Below, one piece after another: positions 41,501 through 54,500 of a stretch of 64,000 bases of DNA. The position numbers and the translations under genes were made by a program. The stretch lies in assembly GCF_009914755.1 (NCBI RefSeq), contig NC_060943.1, one strand, 5' to 3'. The stretch's first letter is position 1, and each line of letters begins with the position of its first letter. The stretch is from the human T2T-CHM13v2.0 reference genome, Homo sapiens. Under the pieces are notes generated by a model. It was not told the origin of the DNA and made no database searches. It saw only the letters and a list, made by a program, of their open reading frames with translations.

Positions 41501-44500
41501 ATTCAACTCACAGAGTTGAACGATCCTTTACACAGAGCAGACTTGAAACACTCTTTTTGTGGAATTTGCAAGTGGAGATTTCAGCCGCTTTGAGTTCAAT
41601 GGTAGAATAGGAAATATCTTCCTATAGAAACTAGACAGAATGATTCTCAGAAACTCCTTTGTGATGTGTGCGTTCAACTCACAGAGTTCAACCTTTCTTT
41701 TCATAGAGCAGTTGGGAAACACTCTGTTTGTAAAGTCTGCAAGTGGATATTCAGACTTCTTTGAGGCCTTCGTTGGAAGCGGGATTTCTTCATATTCTGC
41801 TAGACAGAAGAATTCTCAGTAACTTCCTTGTGTTGTGTGTATTCAACTCACAGAGTTGAACGATCCTTTACACAGAGCAGACTTGAAACACTCCTTTTGT
41901 GGAATTTGCAATTGGAGATTTCAGCCGCTTTGAGGTCAATGGTAGAATAGGAAATATCTTCCTATAGAAACTAGACAGAATGATTCTCAGAAACTCCTTT
42001 GTGATGTGTGCGTTCAACTCACATAGTTTAACCTCTCTTTTCATAGAGCAGTTGGGAAACACTCTGTTTGTAAAGTCTGCAAGTGGATATTCAGACATCC
42101 TTGAGGCTTTCGTTGGAAACGGGATTTCTTCATATTCTGCTAGAAAGAAGAATTCTCAGTAACTTCCTTGTGTTGTGTGTATTCAACTCACAGAGTTGCA
42201 CGATCCTTTACACAGAGCAGACTTGAAACACTCTTTTTGTGGAATTTGCAAGTGGAGATTTCAGCCGCTTTGAGGTCAATGGTAGAATAGGAAATATCTT
42301 CCTATAGAAACTAGACAGAATGATTCTCAAAAACTCCTTTGTGATGTGTGCGTTCAACTCACAGAGTTCAACCTTTCTTTTCATAGAGCAGTTGGGAAAC
42401 ACTCTGTTTGTAAAGTCTGCAAGTGGATATTCAGACTTCTTTGAGGCCTTCGTTGGAAGCGGGATTTCTTCATATTCTGCTAGACAGAAGAATTCTCAGT
42501 AACTGCCTTGTGTTGTGTGTATTCAACTCACAGAGTTGAACGATCCTATACACAGAGCAGACTTGAAACACTCTTTTTGTGGAATTTGCAAGTGGAGATT
42601 TCAGCCGCTTTGAGGTCAATGGTAGAATAGGAAATATCTTCCTATAGAAACTAGACAGAATGATTCTCAGAAACTCCTTTGTGATGTGTGCGTTCAACTC
42701 ACAGAGTTTACCCTTTCTTTTCATAGAGCAGTTAGGAAACACTCTGTTTGTAAAGTCTGCAAGTGGATATTCAGACATCCTTGAGGCTTTCGTTGGAAAC
42801 GGGATTTCTTTATATTCTGCCAGAAAGAAGAATTCTCAGTAACTTCCTTGTGTTGTGTGTATTCACCTCACAGAGTTGAACGATCCTTTACACAGAGCAG
42901 ACTTGAAACACTCTTTTTGTGGAATTTGCAAGTGGAGATTTCAGCCGCTTTGAGGTCAATGGTAGAATAGGAAATATCTTCCTATAGACACTAGACAGAA
43001 TGATTCTCAGAAACTCCTTTGTGATGTGTGCGTTCAACTCACAGAGTTTAACCTTTCTTTTCATAGAGCAGTTAGGAAACACTCTGTTTGTACAGTCTGC
43101 AAGTGGATATTCAGACATCTTTGAGGCTTTCGTTGGAAACGGGATTTCTTCATATTCTGCTAGAAAGAAGAATTCTCAGTAACTTCCTTGTGTTGTGTGT
43201 ATTCAACTCACAGAGTTGAACGATCCTTTACACAGAGCAGACTTGAAACACTCTTTTTGTGGAATTTGCAAGTGGAGATTTCAGCCGCTGTGAGGTCAAT
43301 GGTAGAATAGGACATATCTTCCTATAGAAACTAGACAGAATGATTCTCAGAAACTCCTTTGTGATGTGTGCGTTCAACTCACAGAGTTTAACCTTTCTTT
43401 TCATAGAGCAGTTGGGAAACACTCTGTTTGTAAAGTCTGCAAGTGGATATTCAGACATCCTTGAGGCTTTCGTTGGAAACGGGATTTCTTCATATTCTGC
43501 TAGAAAGAAGAATTCTCAGTAACTTCCTTGTGTTGTGTGTATTCAACTCACAGAGTTGAACGATCCTTTACACAGAGCAGACTTGAAACACTCTTTTTGT
43601 GGAATTTGCAAGTGGAGATTTCAGCCGCTGTGAGGTCAATGGTAGAATAGGACATATCTTCCTATAGAAACTAGACAGAATGATTCTCAGAAACTCCTTT
43701 GTGATGTGTGCGTTCAACTCACAGAGTTTAACCTTTCTTTTCATAGAGCAGTTGGGAAACACTCTGTTTGTAAAGTCTGCAAGTGGATATTCCGACATCC
43801 TTGAGGCTTTCGTTGGAAACGGGATTTCTTCATATTCTGCTAGAAAGAAGAATTCTCAGTAACTTCCTTGTGTTGTGTGTATTCAACTCACAGAGTTGAA
43901 CGATCCTTTACACAGAGCAGACTTGAAACACTCTTTTTGTGGAATTTGCAAGTGGAGATTTCAGCCGCTTTGAGGTCAATGGTAGAATAGGAAATATCTT
44001 CCTATAGAAACTAGACAGAATGATTCTCAGAAACTCCTTTGTGATGTGTGCGTTCAACTCACAGAGTTTAACCTTTCTTTTCATAGAGCAGTTGGGAAAC
44101 ACTCTGTTTGTAAAGTCTGCAAGTGGATATTCCGACATCCTTGAGGCTTTCGTTGGAAACGGGATTTCTTCATATTCTGCTAGAAAGAAGAATTCTCAGT
44201 AACTTCCTTGTGTTGTGTGTATTCAACTCACAGAGTTGAACGATCCTTTACACAGAGCAGACTTGAAACACTCTTTTTGTGGAATTTGCAAGTGGAGATT
44301 TCAGCCGCTTTGAGGTCAATGGTAGAATAGGAAATATCTTCCTATAGAAACTAGACAGAATGATTCTCAGAAACTCCTTTGTGATGTGTGCGTTCAACTC
44401 ACACAGTTTAACCTTTCTTTTCATAGAGCAGTTAGGAAACACTCTGTTTGTAATGTCTGCAAGTGGATATTCAGACCTCCTTGAGGCCTTCGTTGGAAAC

Positions 44501-45554
44501 GGGATTTGTTCATATTATGCTAGACAGAAGAATTCTCAGTAACTTCCTTGTGTTGTGTGTATTCAACTCACAGAGTTGAACGATCCTTTACACAGAGCAG
44601 ACTTGAAACACTCTTTTTGTGGAATTTGCAAGTGGAGATTTCAGCCGCTTTGAGTTCAATGGTAGAATAGGAAATATCTTCCTATAGAAACTAGACAGAA
44701 TGATTCTCAGAAACTCCTTTGTGATGTGTGCGTTCAACTCACAGAGTTCAACCTTTCTTTTCATAGAGCAGTTGGGAAACACTCTGTTTGTAAAGTCTGC
44801 AAGTGGATATTCAGACTTCTTTGAGGCCTTCGTTGGAAGCGGGATTTCTTCATATTCTGCTAGACAGAAGAATTCTCAGAAACTTCCTTGTGTTGTGTGT
44901 TTTCAACTCACAGAGTTGAACGATCCTTTACACAGAGCAGACTGGAAACACTCCTTTTGTGGAATTTGCAAGTGGAGATTTCAGCCGCTTTGAGGTCAAT
45001 GGTAGAATAGGAAATATCTTCCTATAGAAAGTAGACAGAATGATTCTCAGAAACTCCTTTGTGATGTGTGCGTTCAACTCACAGAGTTTAACCTTTCTTT
45101 TCATAGAGCAGTTAGGAAACACTCTGTTTGTAAAGTCTGCAAGTGGATATTCAGACCTCCTTGAGTCCTTCTTTGGAAACGGGATTTCTTCATATTATGC
45201 TAGACAGAAGAATTCTCAGTAACTTCCTTGTGTTGTGTGTATTCAACTCACAGAGTTGAACGATCCTTTACACAGAGCAGACTTGAAACACTCTTTTTGT
45301 GGAATTTGCAAGTGGAGATTTCAGCCGCTTTGAGTTCAATGGTAGAATAGGAAATATCTTCCTATAGAAACTAGACAGAATGATTCTCAGAAACTCCTTT
45401 GTGATGTGTGCGTTCAACTCACAGAGTTCAACCTTTCTTTTCATAGAGCAGTTGGGAAACACTCTGTTTGTAAAGTCTGCAAGTGGATATTCAGACTTCT
45501 TTGAGGCCTTCGTTGGAAGCGGGATTTCTTCATATTCTGCTAGACAGAAGAATT

Positions 45555-48500
45555 CTCAGTAACTTCCTTGTGTTGTGTGTATTCAACTCACAGAGTTGAA
45601 CGATCCTTTACACAGAGCAGACTTGAAACACTCTTTTTGTGGAATTTGCAAGTGGAGATTTCAGCCGCTTTGAGGTCAATGGTAGAATAGGAAATATCTT
45701 CCTATAGAAACTAGACAGAATGATTCTCAGAAACTCCTTTGTGATGTGTGCGTTCAACTCACAGAGTTCAACCTTTCTTTTCATAGAGCAGTTGGGAAAC
45801 ACTCTGTTTGTAAAGTCTGCAAGTGGATATTCAGACTTCTTTGAGGCCTTCGTTGGAAGCGGGATTTCTTCATATTCTGCTAGACAGAAGAATTCTCAGT
45901 AACTGCCTTGTGTTGTGTGTATTCAACTCACAGAGTTGAACGATCCTTTACACAGAGCAGACTTGAAACACTCTTTTTGTGGAATTTGCAAGTGGAGATT
46001 TCAGCCGCTTTGAGGTCAATGGTAGAATAGGAAATATCTTCCTATAGAAACTAGACAGAATGATTCTCAGAAACTCCTTTGTGATGTGTGCGTTCAACTC
46101 ACAGAGTTTACCCTTTCTTTTCATAGAGCAGTTAGGAAACACTCTGTTTGTAAAGTCTGCAAGTGGATATTCAGACATCCTTGAGGCTTTCGTTGGAAAC
46201 GGGATTTCTTCATATTCTGCCAGAAAGAAGAATTCTCAGAAACTTCCTTGTGTTGTGTGTATTCAACTCACAGAGTTGAACGATCCTTTACACAGAGCAG
46301 ACTTGAAACACTCTTTTTGTGGAATTTGTAAGTGGAGATTTCAGCCGCTTTGAGGTCAATGGTAGAATAGGAAATATCTTCCTATAGAAACTAGACAGAA
46401 TGATTCTCAGAAACTCCTTTGTGATGTGTGCGTTCAACTCACAGAGTTTAACCTTTCTTTTCATAGAGCAGTTAGGAAACACTCTGTTTGTACAGTCTGC
46501 AAGTGGATATTCAGACATCCTTGAGGCTTTCGTTGGAAACTGGATTTCTTCATATTCTGCTAGAAAGAAGAATTCTCAGTAACTTCCTTGTGTTGTGTGT
46601 ATTCAACTCACAGAGTTGAACGATCCTTTACACAGAGCAGACTTGAAACACTCTTTTTGTGGAATTTGCAAGTTTAGATTTCAGCCGCTGTGAGGTCAAT
46701 GGTAGAATAGGACATATCTTCCTATAGAAACTAGACAGAATGATTCTCAGAAACTCCTTTGTGATGTGTGCGTTCAACTCACAGAGTTTAACCTTTCTTT
46801 TCATAGAGCAGTTGGGAAACACTCTGTTTGTAAAGTCTGCAAGTGGATATTCCGACATCCTTGAGGCTTTCGTTGGAAACGGGATTTCTTCATATTCTGC
46901 TAGAAAGAAGAATTCTCAGTAACTTCCTTGTGTTGTGTGTATTCAACTCACAGAGTTGAACGATCCTTTACACAGAGCAGACTTGAAACACTCTTTTTGT
47001 GGAATTTGCAAGTGGAGATTTCAGCCGCTTTGAGGTCAATGGTAGAATAGGAAATATCTTCCTATAGAAACTAGACAGAATGATTCTCAGAAACTCCTTT
47101 GTGATGTGTGCGTTCAACTCACAGAGTTTAACCTTTCTTTTCATAGAGCAGTTGGGAAACACTCTGTTTGTAAAGTCTGTAAGTGGATATTCCGACATCC
47201 TTGAGGCTTTCGTTGGAAACGGGATTTCTTCATATTCTGCTAGAAAGAAGAATTCTCAGTAACTTCCTTGTGTTGTGTGTATTCAACTCACAGAGTTGAA
47301 CGATCCTTTACACAGAGCAGACTTGAAACACTCTTTTTGTGGAATTTGCAAGTGGAGATTTCAGCCGCTTTGAGGTCAATGGTAGAATAGGAAATATCTT
47401 CCTATAGAAACTAGACAGAATGATTCTCAGAAACTCCTTTGTGATGTGTGCGTTCAACTCACACAGTTTAACCTTTCTTTTCATAGAGCAGTTAGGAAAC
47501 ACTCTGTTTGTAATGTCTGCAAGTGGATATTCAGACCTCCTTGAGGCCTTCGTTGGAAACGGGATTTCTTCATATTATGCTAGACAGAAGAATTCTCAGT
47601 AACTTCCTTGTGTTGTGTGTATTCAACTCACAGAGTTGAACGATCCTTTACACAGAGCAGACTTGAAACACTCTTTTTGTGGAATTTGCAAGTGGAGATT
47701 TCAGCCGCTTTGAGTTCAATGGTAGAATAGGAAATATCTTCCTATAGAAACTAGACAGAATGATTCTCAGAAACTCCTTTGTGATGTGTGCGTTCAACTC
47801 ACAGAGTTCAACCTTTCTTTTCATAGAGCAGTTGGGAAACACTCTGTTTGTAAAGTCTGCAAGTGGATATTCAGACTTCTTTGAGGCCTTCGTTGGAAGC
47901 GGGATTTCTTCATATTCTGCTAGACAGAAGAATTCTCAGAAACTTCCTTGTGTTGTGTGTTTTCAACTCACAGAGTTGAACGATCCTTTACACAGAGCAG
48001 ACTGGAAACACTCCTTTTGTGGAATTTGCAAGTGGAGATTTCAGCCGCTTTGAGGTCAATGGTAGAATAGGAAATATCTTCCTATAGAAAGTAGACAGAA
48101 TGATTCTCAGAAACTCCTTTGTGATGTGTGCGTTCAACTCACAGAGTTTAACCTTTCTTTTCATAGAGCAGTTAGGAAACACTCTGTTTGTAAAGTCTGC
48201 AAGTGGATATTCAGACCTCCTTGAGGCCTTCGTTGGAAACGGGATTTCTTCATATTATGCTAGACAGAAGAATTCTCAGTAACTTCCTTGTGTTGTGTGT
48301 ATTCAACTCACAGAGTTGAACGATCCTTTACACAGAGCAGACTTGAAACACTCTTTTTGTGGAATTTGCAAGTGGAGATTTCAGCCGCTTTGAGTTCAAT
48401 GGTAGAATAGGAAATATCTTCCTATAGAAACTAGACAGAATGATTCTCAGAAACTCCTTTGTGATGTGTGCGTTCAACTCACAGAGTTCAACCTTTCTTT

Positions 48501-51500
48501 TCATAGAGCAGTTGGGAAACACTCTGTTTGTAAAGTCTGCAAGTGGATATTCAGACTTCTTTGAGGCCTTCGTTGAAAGCGGGATTTCTTCATATTCTGC
48601 TAGACAGAAGAATTCTCAGTAACTTCCTTGTGTTGTGTGTATTCAACTCACAGAGTTGAACGATCCTTTACACAGAGCAGACTTGAAACACTCTTTTTGT
48701 GGAATTTGCAAGTGGAGATTTCAGCCGCTTTGAGGTCAATGGTAGAATAGGAAATATCTTCCTATAGAAACTAGACAGAATGATTCTCAGAAACTCCTTT
48801 GTGATGTGTGCGTTCAACTCACAGAGTTTAACCTTTCTTTTCATAGAGCAGTTAGGAAACACTCTGTTTGTAAAGTCTGCAAGTGGATATTCAGACATCC
48901 TTGAGGCTTTCGTTGGAAACGGGATTTCTTCATATTCTGCTAGAAAGAAGAATTCTCAGTAACTTCCTTGTGTTGTGTGTATTCAACTCACAGAGTTGAA
49001 CGATCCTTTACACAGAGCAGACTTGAAACACTCCTTTTGTGGAATTTGCAAGTGGAGATTTCAGCCGCTTTGAGGTCAATGGTAGAATAGGAAATATCTT
49101 CCTATAGAAACTAGACAGAATGATTCTCAGAAACTCCTTTGTGATGTGTGCGTTCAACTCACAGAGTTTAACCTTTCTTTTCATAGAGCAGTTGGGAAAC
49201 ACTCTGTTTGTAAAGTCTGCAAGTGGATATTCAGACATCCTTGAGGCTTTCGTTGGAAACGGGATTTCTTCATATTCTGCTAGAAAGAAGAATTCTCAGT
49301 AACTTCCTTGTGTTGTGTGTATTCAACTCACAGAGTTGCACGATCCTTTACACAGAGCAGACTTGAAACACTCTTTTTGTGGAATTTGCAAGTGGAGATT
49401 TCAGCCGCTTTGAGGTCAATGGTAGAATAGGAAATATCTTCCTATAGAAACTAGACAGAATGATTCTCAGAAACTTCTTTGTGATGTGTGCGTTCAACTC
49501 ACAGAGTTTAACCTTTCTTTTCATAGAGCAGTTAGGAAACACTCTGTTTGTAAAGTCTGCAAGTGGATATTCAGACCTCCTTGAGGCCTTCGTTGGAAAC
49601 GGGATTTCTTCATGTTCTGCTAGACAGAAGAATTCTCAGAAACTTCCTTGTGTTGTGTGTTTTCAACTCACAGAGTTGAACGATCCTTTACACAGAGCAG
49701 ACTTGAAACACTCCTTTTGTGGAATTTGCAAGTGGAGATTTCAGCCGCTTTGAGGTCAATGGTAGAATAGGAAATATCTTCCTATAGAAAGTAGACAGAA
49801 TGATTCTCAGAAACTCCTTTGTGATGTGTGCGTTCAACTCACAGAGTTTAACCTTTCTTTTCATAGAGCAGTTAGGAAACACTCTGTTTGTAAAGTCTGC
49901 AAGTGGATATTCAGACATCCTTGAGGCTTTCGTTGGAAACGGGATTTCTTCATATTCTGCCAGAAAGAAGAATTCTCAGTAACTTCCTTGTGTTGTGTGT
50001 ATTCAAATCACAGAGTTGAACGATCCTTTACACAGAGCAGACTTGAAACACTCTTTTTGTGGAATTTGCAAGTGGAGATTTCAGCCGCTTTGAGGTCAAT
50101 GGTAGAATAGGAAATATCTTCCTATAGACACTAGACAGAATGATTCTCAGAAACTCCTTTGTGATGTGTGCGTTCAACTCACAGAGTTTAACCTTTCTTT
50201 TCATAGAGCAGTTAGGAAACACTCTGTTTGTACAGTCTGCAAGTGGATATTCAGACATCCTTGAGGCTTTCGTTGGAAACGGGATTTCTTCATATTCTGC
50301 TAGAAAGAAGAATTCTCAGTAACTTCCTTGTGTTGTGTGTATTCAACTCACAGAGTTGAACGATCCTTTACACAGAGCAGACTTGAAACACTCTTTTTGT
50401 GGAATTTGCAAGTGGAGATTTCAGCCGCTGTGAGGTCAATGGTAGAATAGGACATATCTTCCTATAGAAACTAGACAGAATGATTCTCAGAAACTCCTTT
50501 GTGATGTGTGCGTTCAACTCACAGAGTTTAACCTTTCTTTTCATAGAGCAGTTGGGAAACACTCTGTTTGTAAAGTCTGCAAGTGGATATTCAGACATCC
50601 TTGAGGCTTTCGTTGGAAACGGGATTTCTTCATATTCTGCTAGAAAGAAGAATTCTCAGTAACTTCCTTGTGTTGTGTGTATTCAACTCACAGAGTTGAA
50701 CGATCCTTTACACAGAGCAGACTTGAAACACTCTTTTTGTGGAATTTGCAAGTGGAGATTTCAGCCGCTTTGCGGTCAATGGTAGAATAGGAAATATCTT
50801 CCTATAGAAACTAGACAGAATGATTCTCAGAAACTCCTTTGTGATGTGTGCGTTCAACTCACACAGTTTAACCTTTCTTTTCATAGAGCAGTTAGGAAAC
50901 ACTCTGTTTGTAAAGTCTGCAAGTGGATATTCAGACCTCCTTGAGGCCTTCGTTGGAAACGGGATTTCTTCATATTATGCTAGACAGAAGAATTCTCAGT
51001 AACTTCCTTGTGTTGTGTGTATTCAACTCACAGAGTTGAACGATCCTTTACACAGAGCAGACTTGAAACACTCTTTTTGTGGAATTTGCAAGTGGAGATT
51101 TCAGCCGCTTTGAGTTCAATGGTAGAATAGGAAATATCTTCCTATAGAAACTAGACAGAATGATTCTCAGAAACTCCTTTGTGATGTGTGCGTTCAACTC
51201 ACAGAGTTCAACCTTTCTTTTCATAGAGCAGTTGGGAAACACTCTGTTTGTAAAGTCTGCAAGTGGATATTCAGACTTCTTTGAGGCCTTCGTTGGAAGC
51301 GGGATTTCTTCATATTCTGCTAGACAGAAGAATTCTCAGAAACTTCCTTGTGTTGTGTGTTTTCAACTCACAGAGTTGAACGATCCTTTACACAGAGCAG
51401 ACTTGAAACACTCCTTTTGTGGAATTTGCAAGTGGAGATTTCAGCCGCTTTGCGGTCAATGGTAGAATAGGAAATATCTTCCTATAGAAAGTAGACAGAA

Positions 51501-54500
51501 TGATTCTCAGAAACTCCTTTGTGATGTGTGCGTTCAACTCACAGAGTTTAACCTTTCTTTTCATAGAGCAGTTAGGAAACACTCTGTTTGTAAAGTCTGC
51601 AAGTGGATATTCAGACCTCCTTGAGGCCTTCGTTGGAAACGGGATTTCTTCATATTCTGCTAGACAGAAGAATTCTCAGTAACTTCCTTGTGTTGTGTGT
51701 ATTCAACTCACAGAGTTGAACGATCCTTTACACAGAGCAGACTTGAAACACTCTTTTTGTGGAATTTGCAAGTGGAGATTTCAGCCGCTTTGAGGTCAAT
51801 GGTAGAATAGGAAATATCTTCCTATAGAAACTAGACAGAATGATTCTCAGAAACTCCTTTGTGATGTGTGCGTTCAACTCACAGAGTTCAACCTTTCTTT
51901 TCATAGAGCAGTTGGGAAACACTCTGTTTGTAAAGTCTGCAAGTGGATATTCAGACTTCTTTGAGGCCTTCGTTGGAAGCGGGATTTCTTCATATTCTGC
52001 TAGACAGAAGAATTCTCAGTAACTGCCTTGTGTTGTGTGTATTCAACTCACAGAGTTGAACGATCCTTTACACAGAGCAGACTTGAAACACTCTTTTTGT
52101 GGAATTTGCAAGTGGAGATTTCAGCCGCTTTGAGGTCAATGGTAGAATAGGAAATATCTTCCTATAGAAACTAGACAGAATGATTCTCAGAAACTCCTTT
52201 GTGATGTGTGCGTTCAACTCACAGAGTTTACCCTTTCTTTTCATAGAGCAGTTAGGAAACACTCTGTTTGTAAAGTCTGCAAGTGGATATTCAGACATCC
52301 TTGAGGCTTTCGTTGGAAACGGGATTTCTTCATATTCTGCCAGAAAGAAGAATTCTCAGAAACTTCCTTGTGTTGTGTGTATTCAACTCACAGAGTTGAA
52401 CGATCCTTTACACAGAGCAGACTTGAAACACTCTTTTTGTGGAATTTGCAAGTGGAGATTTCAGCCGCTTTGAGGTCAATGGTAGAATAGGAAATATCTT
52501 CCTATAGAAACTAGACAGAATGATTCTCAGAAACTCCTTTGTGATGTGTGCGTTCAACTCACAGAGTTTAACCTTTCTTTTCATAGAGCAGTTAGGAAAC
52601 ACTCTGTTTGTACAGTCTGCAAGTGGATATTCAGACATCCTTGAGGCTTTCGTTGGAAACGGGATTTCTTCATATTCTGCTAGAAAGAAGAATTCTCAGT
52701 AACTTCCTTGTGTTGTGTGTATTCAACTCACAGAGTTGAACGATCCTTTACACAGAGCAGACTTGAAACACTCTTTTTGTGGAATTTGCAAGTTTAGATT
52801 TCAGCCGCTGTGAGGTCAATGGTAGAATAGGACATATCTTCCTATAGAAACTAGACAGAATGATTCTCAGAAACTCCTTTGTGATGTGTGCGTTCAACTC
52901 ACAGAGTTTAACCTTTCTTTTCATAGAGCAGTTGGGAAACACTCTGTTTGTAAAGTCTGCAAGTGGATATTCCGACATCCTTGAGGCTTTCGTTGGAAAC
53001 GGGATTTCTTCATATTCTGCTAGAAAGAAGAATTCTCAGTAACTTCCTTGTGTTGTGTGTATTCAACTCACAGAGTTGAACGATCCTTTACACAGAGCAG
53101 ACTTGAAACACTCTTTTTGTGGAATTTGCAAGTGGAGATTTCAGCCGCTTTGAGGTCAATGGTAGAATAGGAAATATCTTCCTATAGAAACTAGACAGAA
53201 TGATTCTCAGAAACTCCTTTGTGATGTGTGCGTTCAACTCACAGAGTTTAACCTTTCTTTTCATAGAGCAGTTGGGAAACACTCTGTTTGTAAAGTCTGT
53301 AAGTGGATATTCCGACATCCTTGAGGCTTTCGTTGGAAACGGGATTTCTTCATATTCTGCTAGAAAGAAGAATTCTCAGTAACTTCCTTGTGTTGTGTGT
53401 ATTCAACTCACAGAGTTGAACGATCCTTTACACAGAGCAGACTTGAAACACTCTTTTTGTGGAATTTGCAAGTGGAGATTTCAGCCGCTTTGAGGTCAAT
53501 GGTAGAATAGGAAATATCTTCCTATAGAAACTAGACAGAATGATTCTCAGAAACTCCTTTGTGATGTGTGCGTTCAACTCACACAGTTTAACCTTTCTTT
53601 TCATAGAGCAGTTAGGAAACACTCTGTTTGTAATGTCTGCAAGTGGATATTCAGACCTCCTTGAGGCCTTCGTTGGAAACGGGATTTCTTCATATTATGC
53701 TAGACAGAAGAATTCTCAGTAACTTCCTTGTGTTGTGTGTATTCAACTCACAGAGTTGAACGATCCTTTACACAGAGCAGACTTGAAACACTCTTTTTGT
53801 GGAATTTGCAAGTGGAGATTTCAGCCGCTTTGAGTTCAATGGTAGAATAGGAAATATCTTCCTATAGAAACTAGACAGAATGATTCTCAGAAACTCCTTT
53901 GTGATGTGTGCGTTCAACTCACAGAGTTCAACCTTTCTTTTCATAGAGCAGTTGGGAAACACTCTGTTTGTAAAGTCTGCAAGTGGATATTCAGACTTCT
54001 TTGAGGCCTTCGTTGGAAGCGGGATTTCTTCATATTCTGCTAGACAGAAGAATTCTCAGAAACTTCCTTGTGTTGTGTGTTTTCAACTCACAGAGTTGAA
54101 CGATCCTTTCCACAGAGCAGACTGGAAACACTCCTTTTGTGGAATTTGCAAGTGGAGATTTCAGCCGCTTTGAGGTCAATGGTAGAATAGGAAATATCTT
54201 CCTATAGAAAGTAGACAGAATGATTCTCAGAAACTCCTTTGTGATGTGTGCGTTCAACTCACAGAGTTTAACCTTTCTTTTCATAGAGCAGTTAGGAAAC
54301 ACTCTGTTTGTAAAGTCTGCAAGTGGATATTCAGACCTCCTTGAGGCCTTCGTTGGAAACGGGATTTCTTCATATTATGCTAGACAGAAGAATTCTCAGT
54401 AACTTCCTTGTGTTGTGTGTATTCAACTCACAGAGTTGAACGATCCTTTACACAGAGCAGACTTGAAACACTCTTTTTGTGGAATTTGCAAGTGGAGATT

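Noticed and set aside
42470-54302. Longer ORFs (102 aa at 42470, 101 aa at 51160, 90 aa at 54030) as distinct genes
   Set aside because: Each results from a single substitution removing a stop codon (for example 42548 and 54110), giving read-through into the next satellite monomer.
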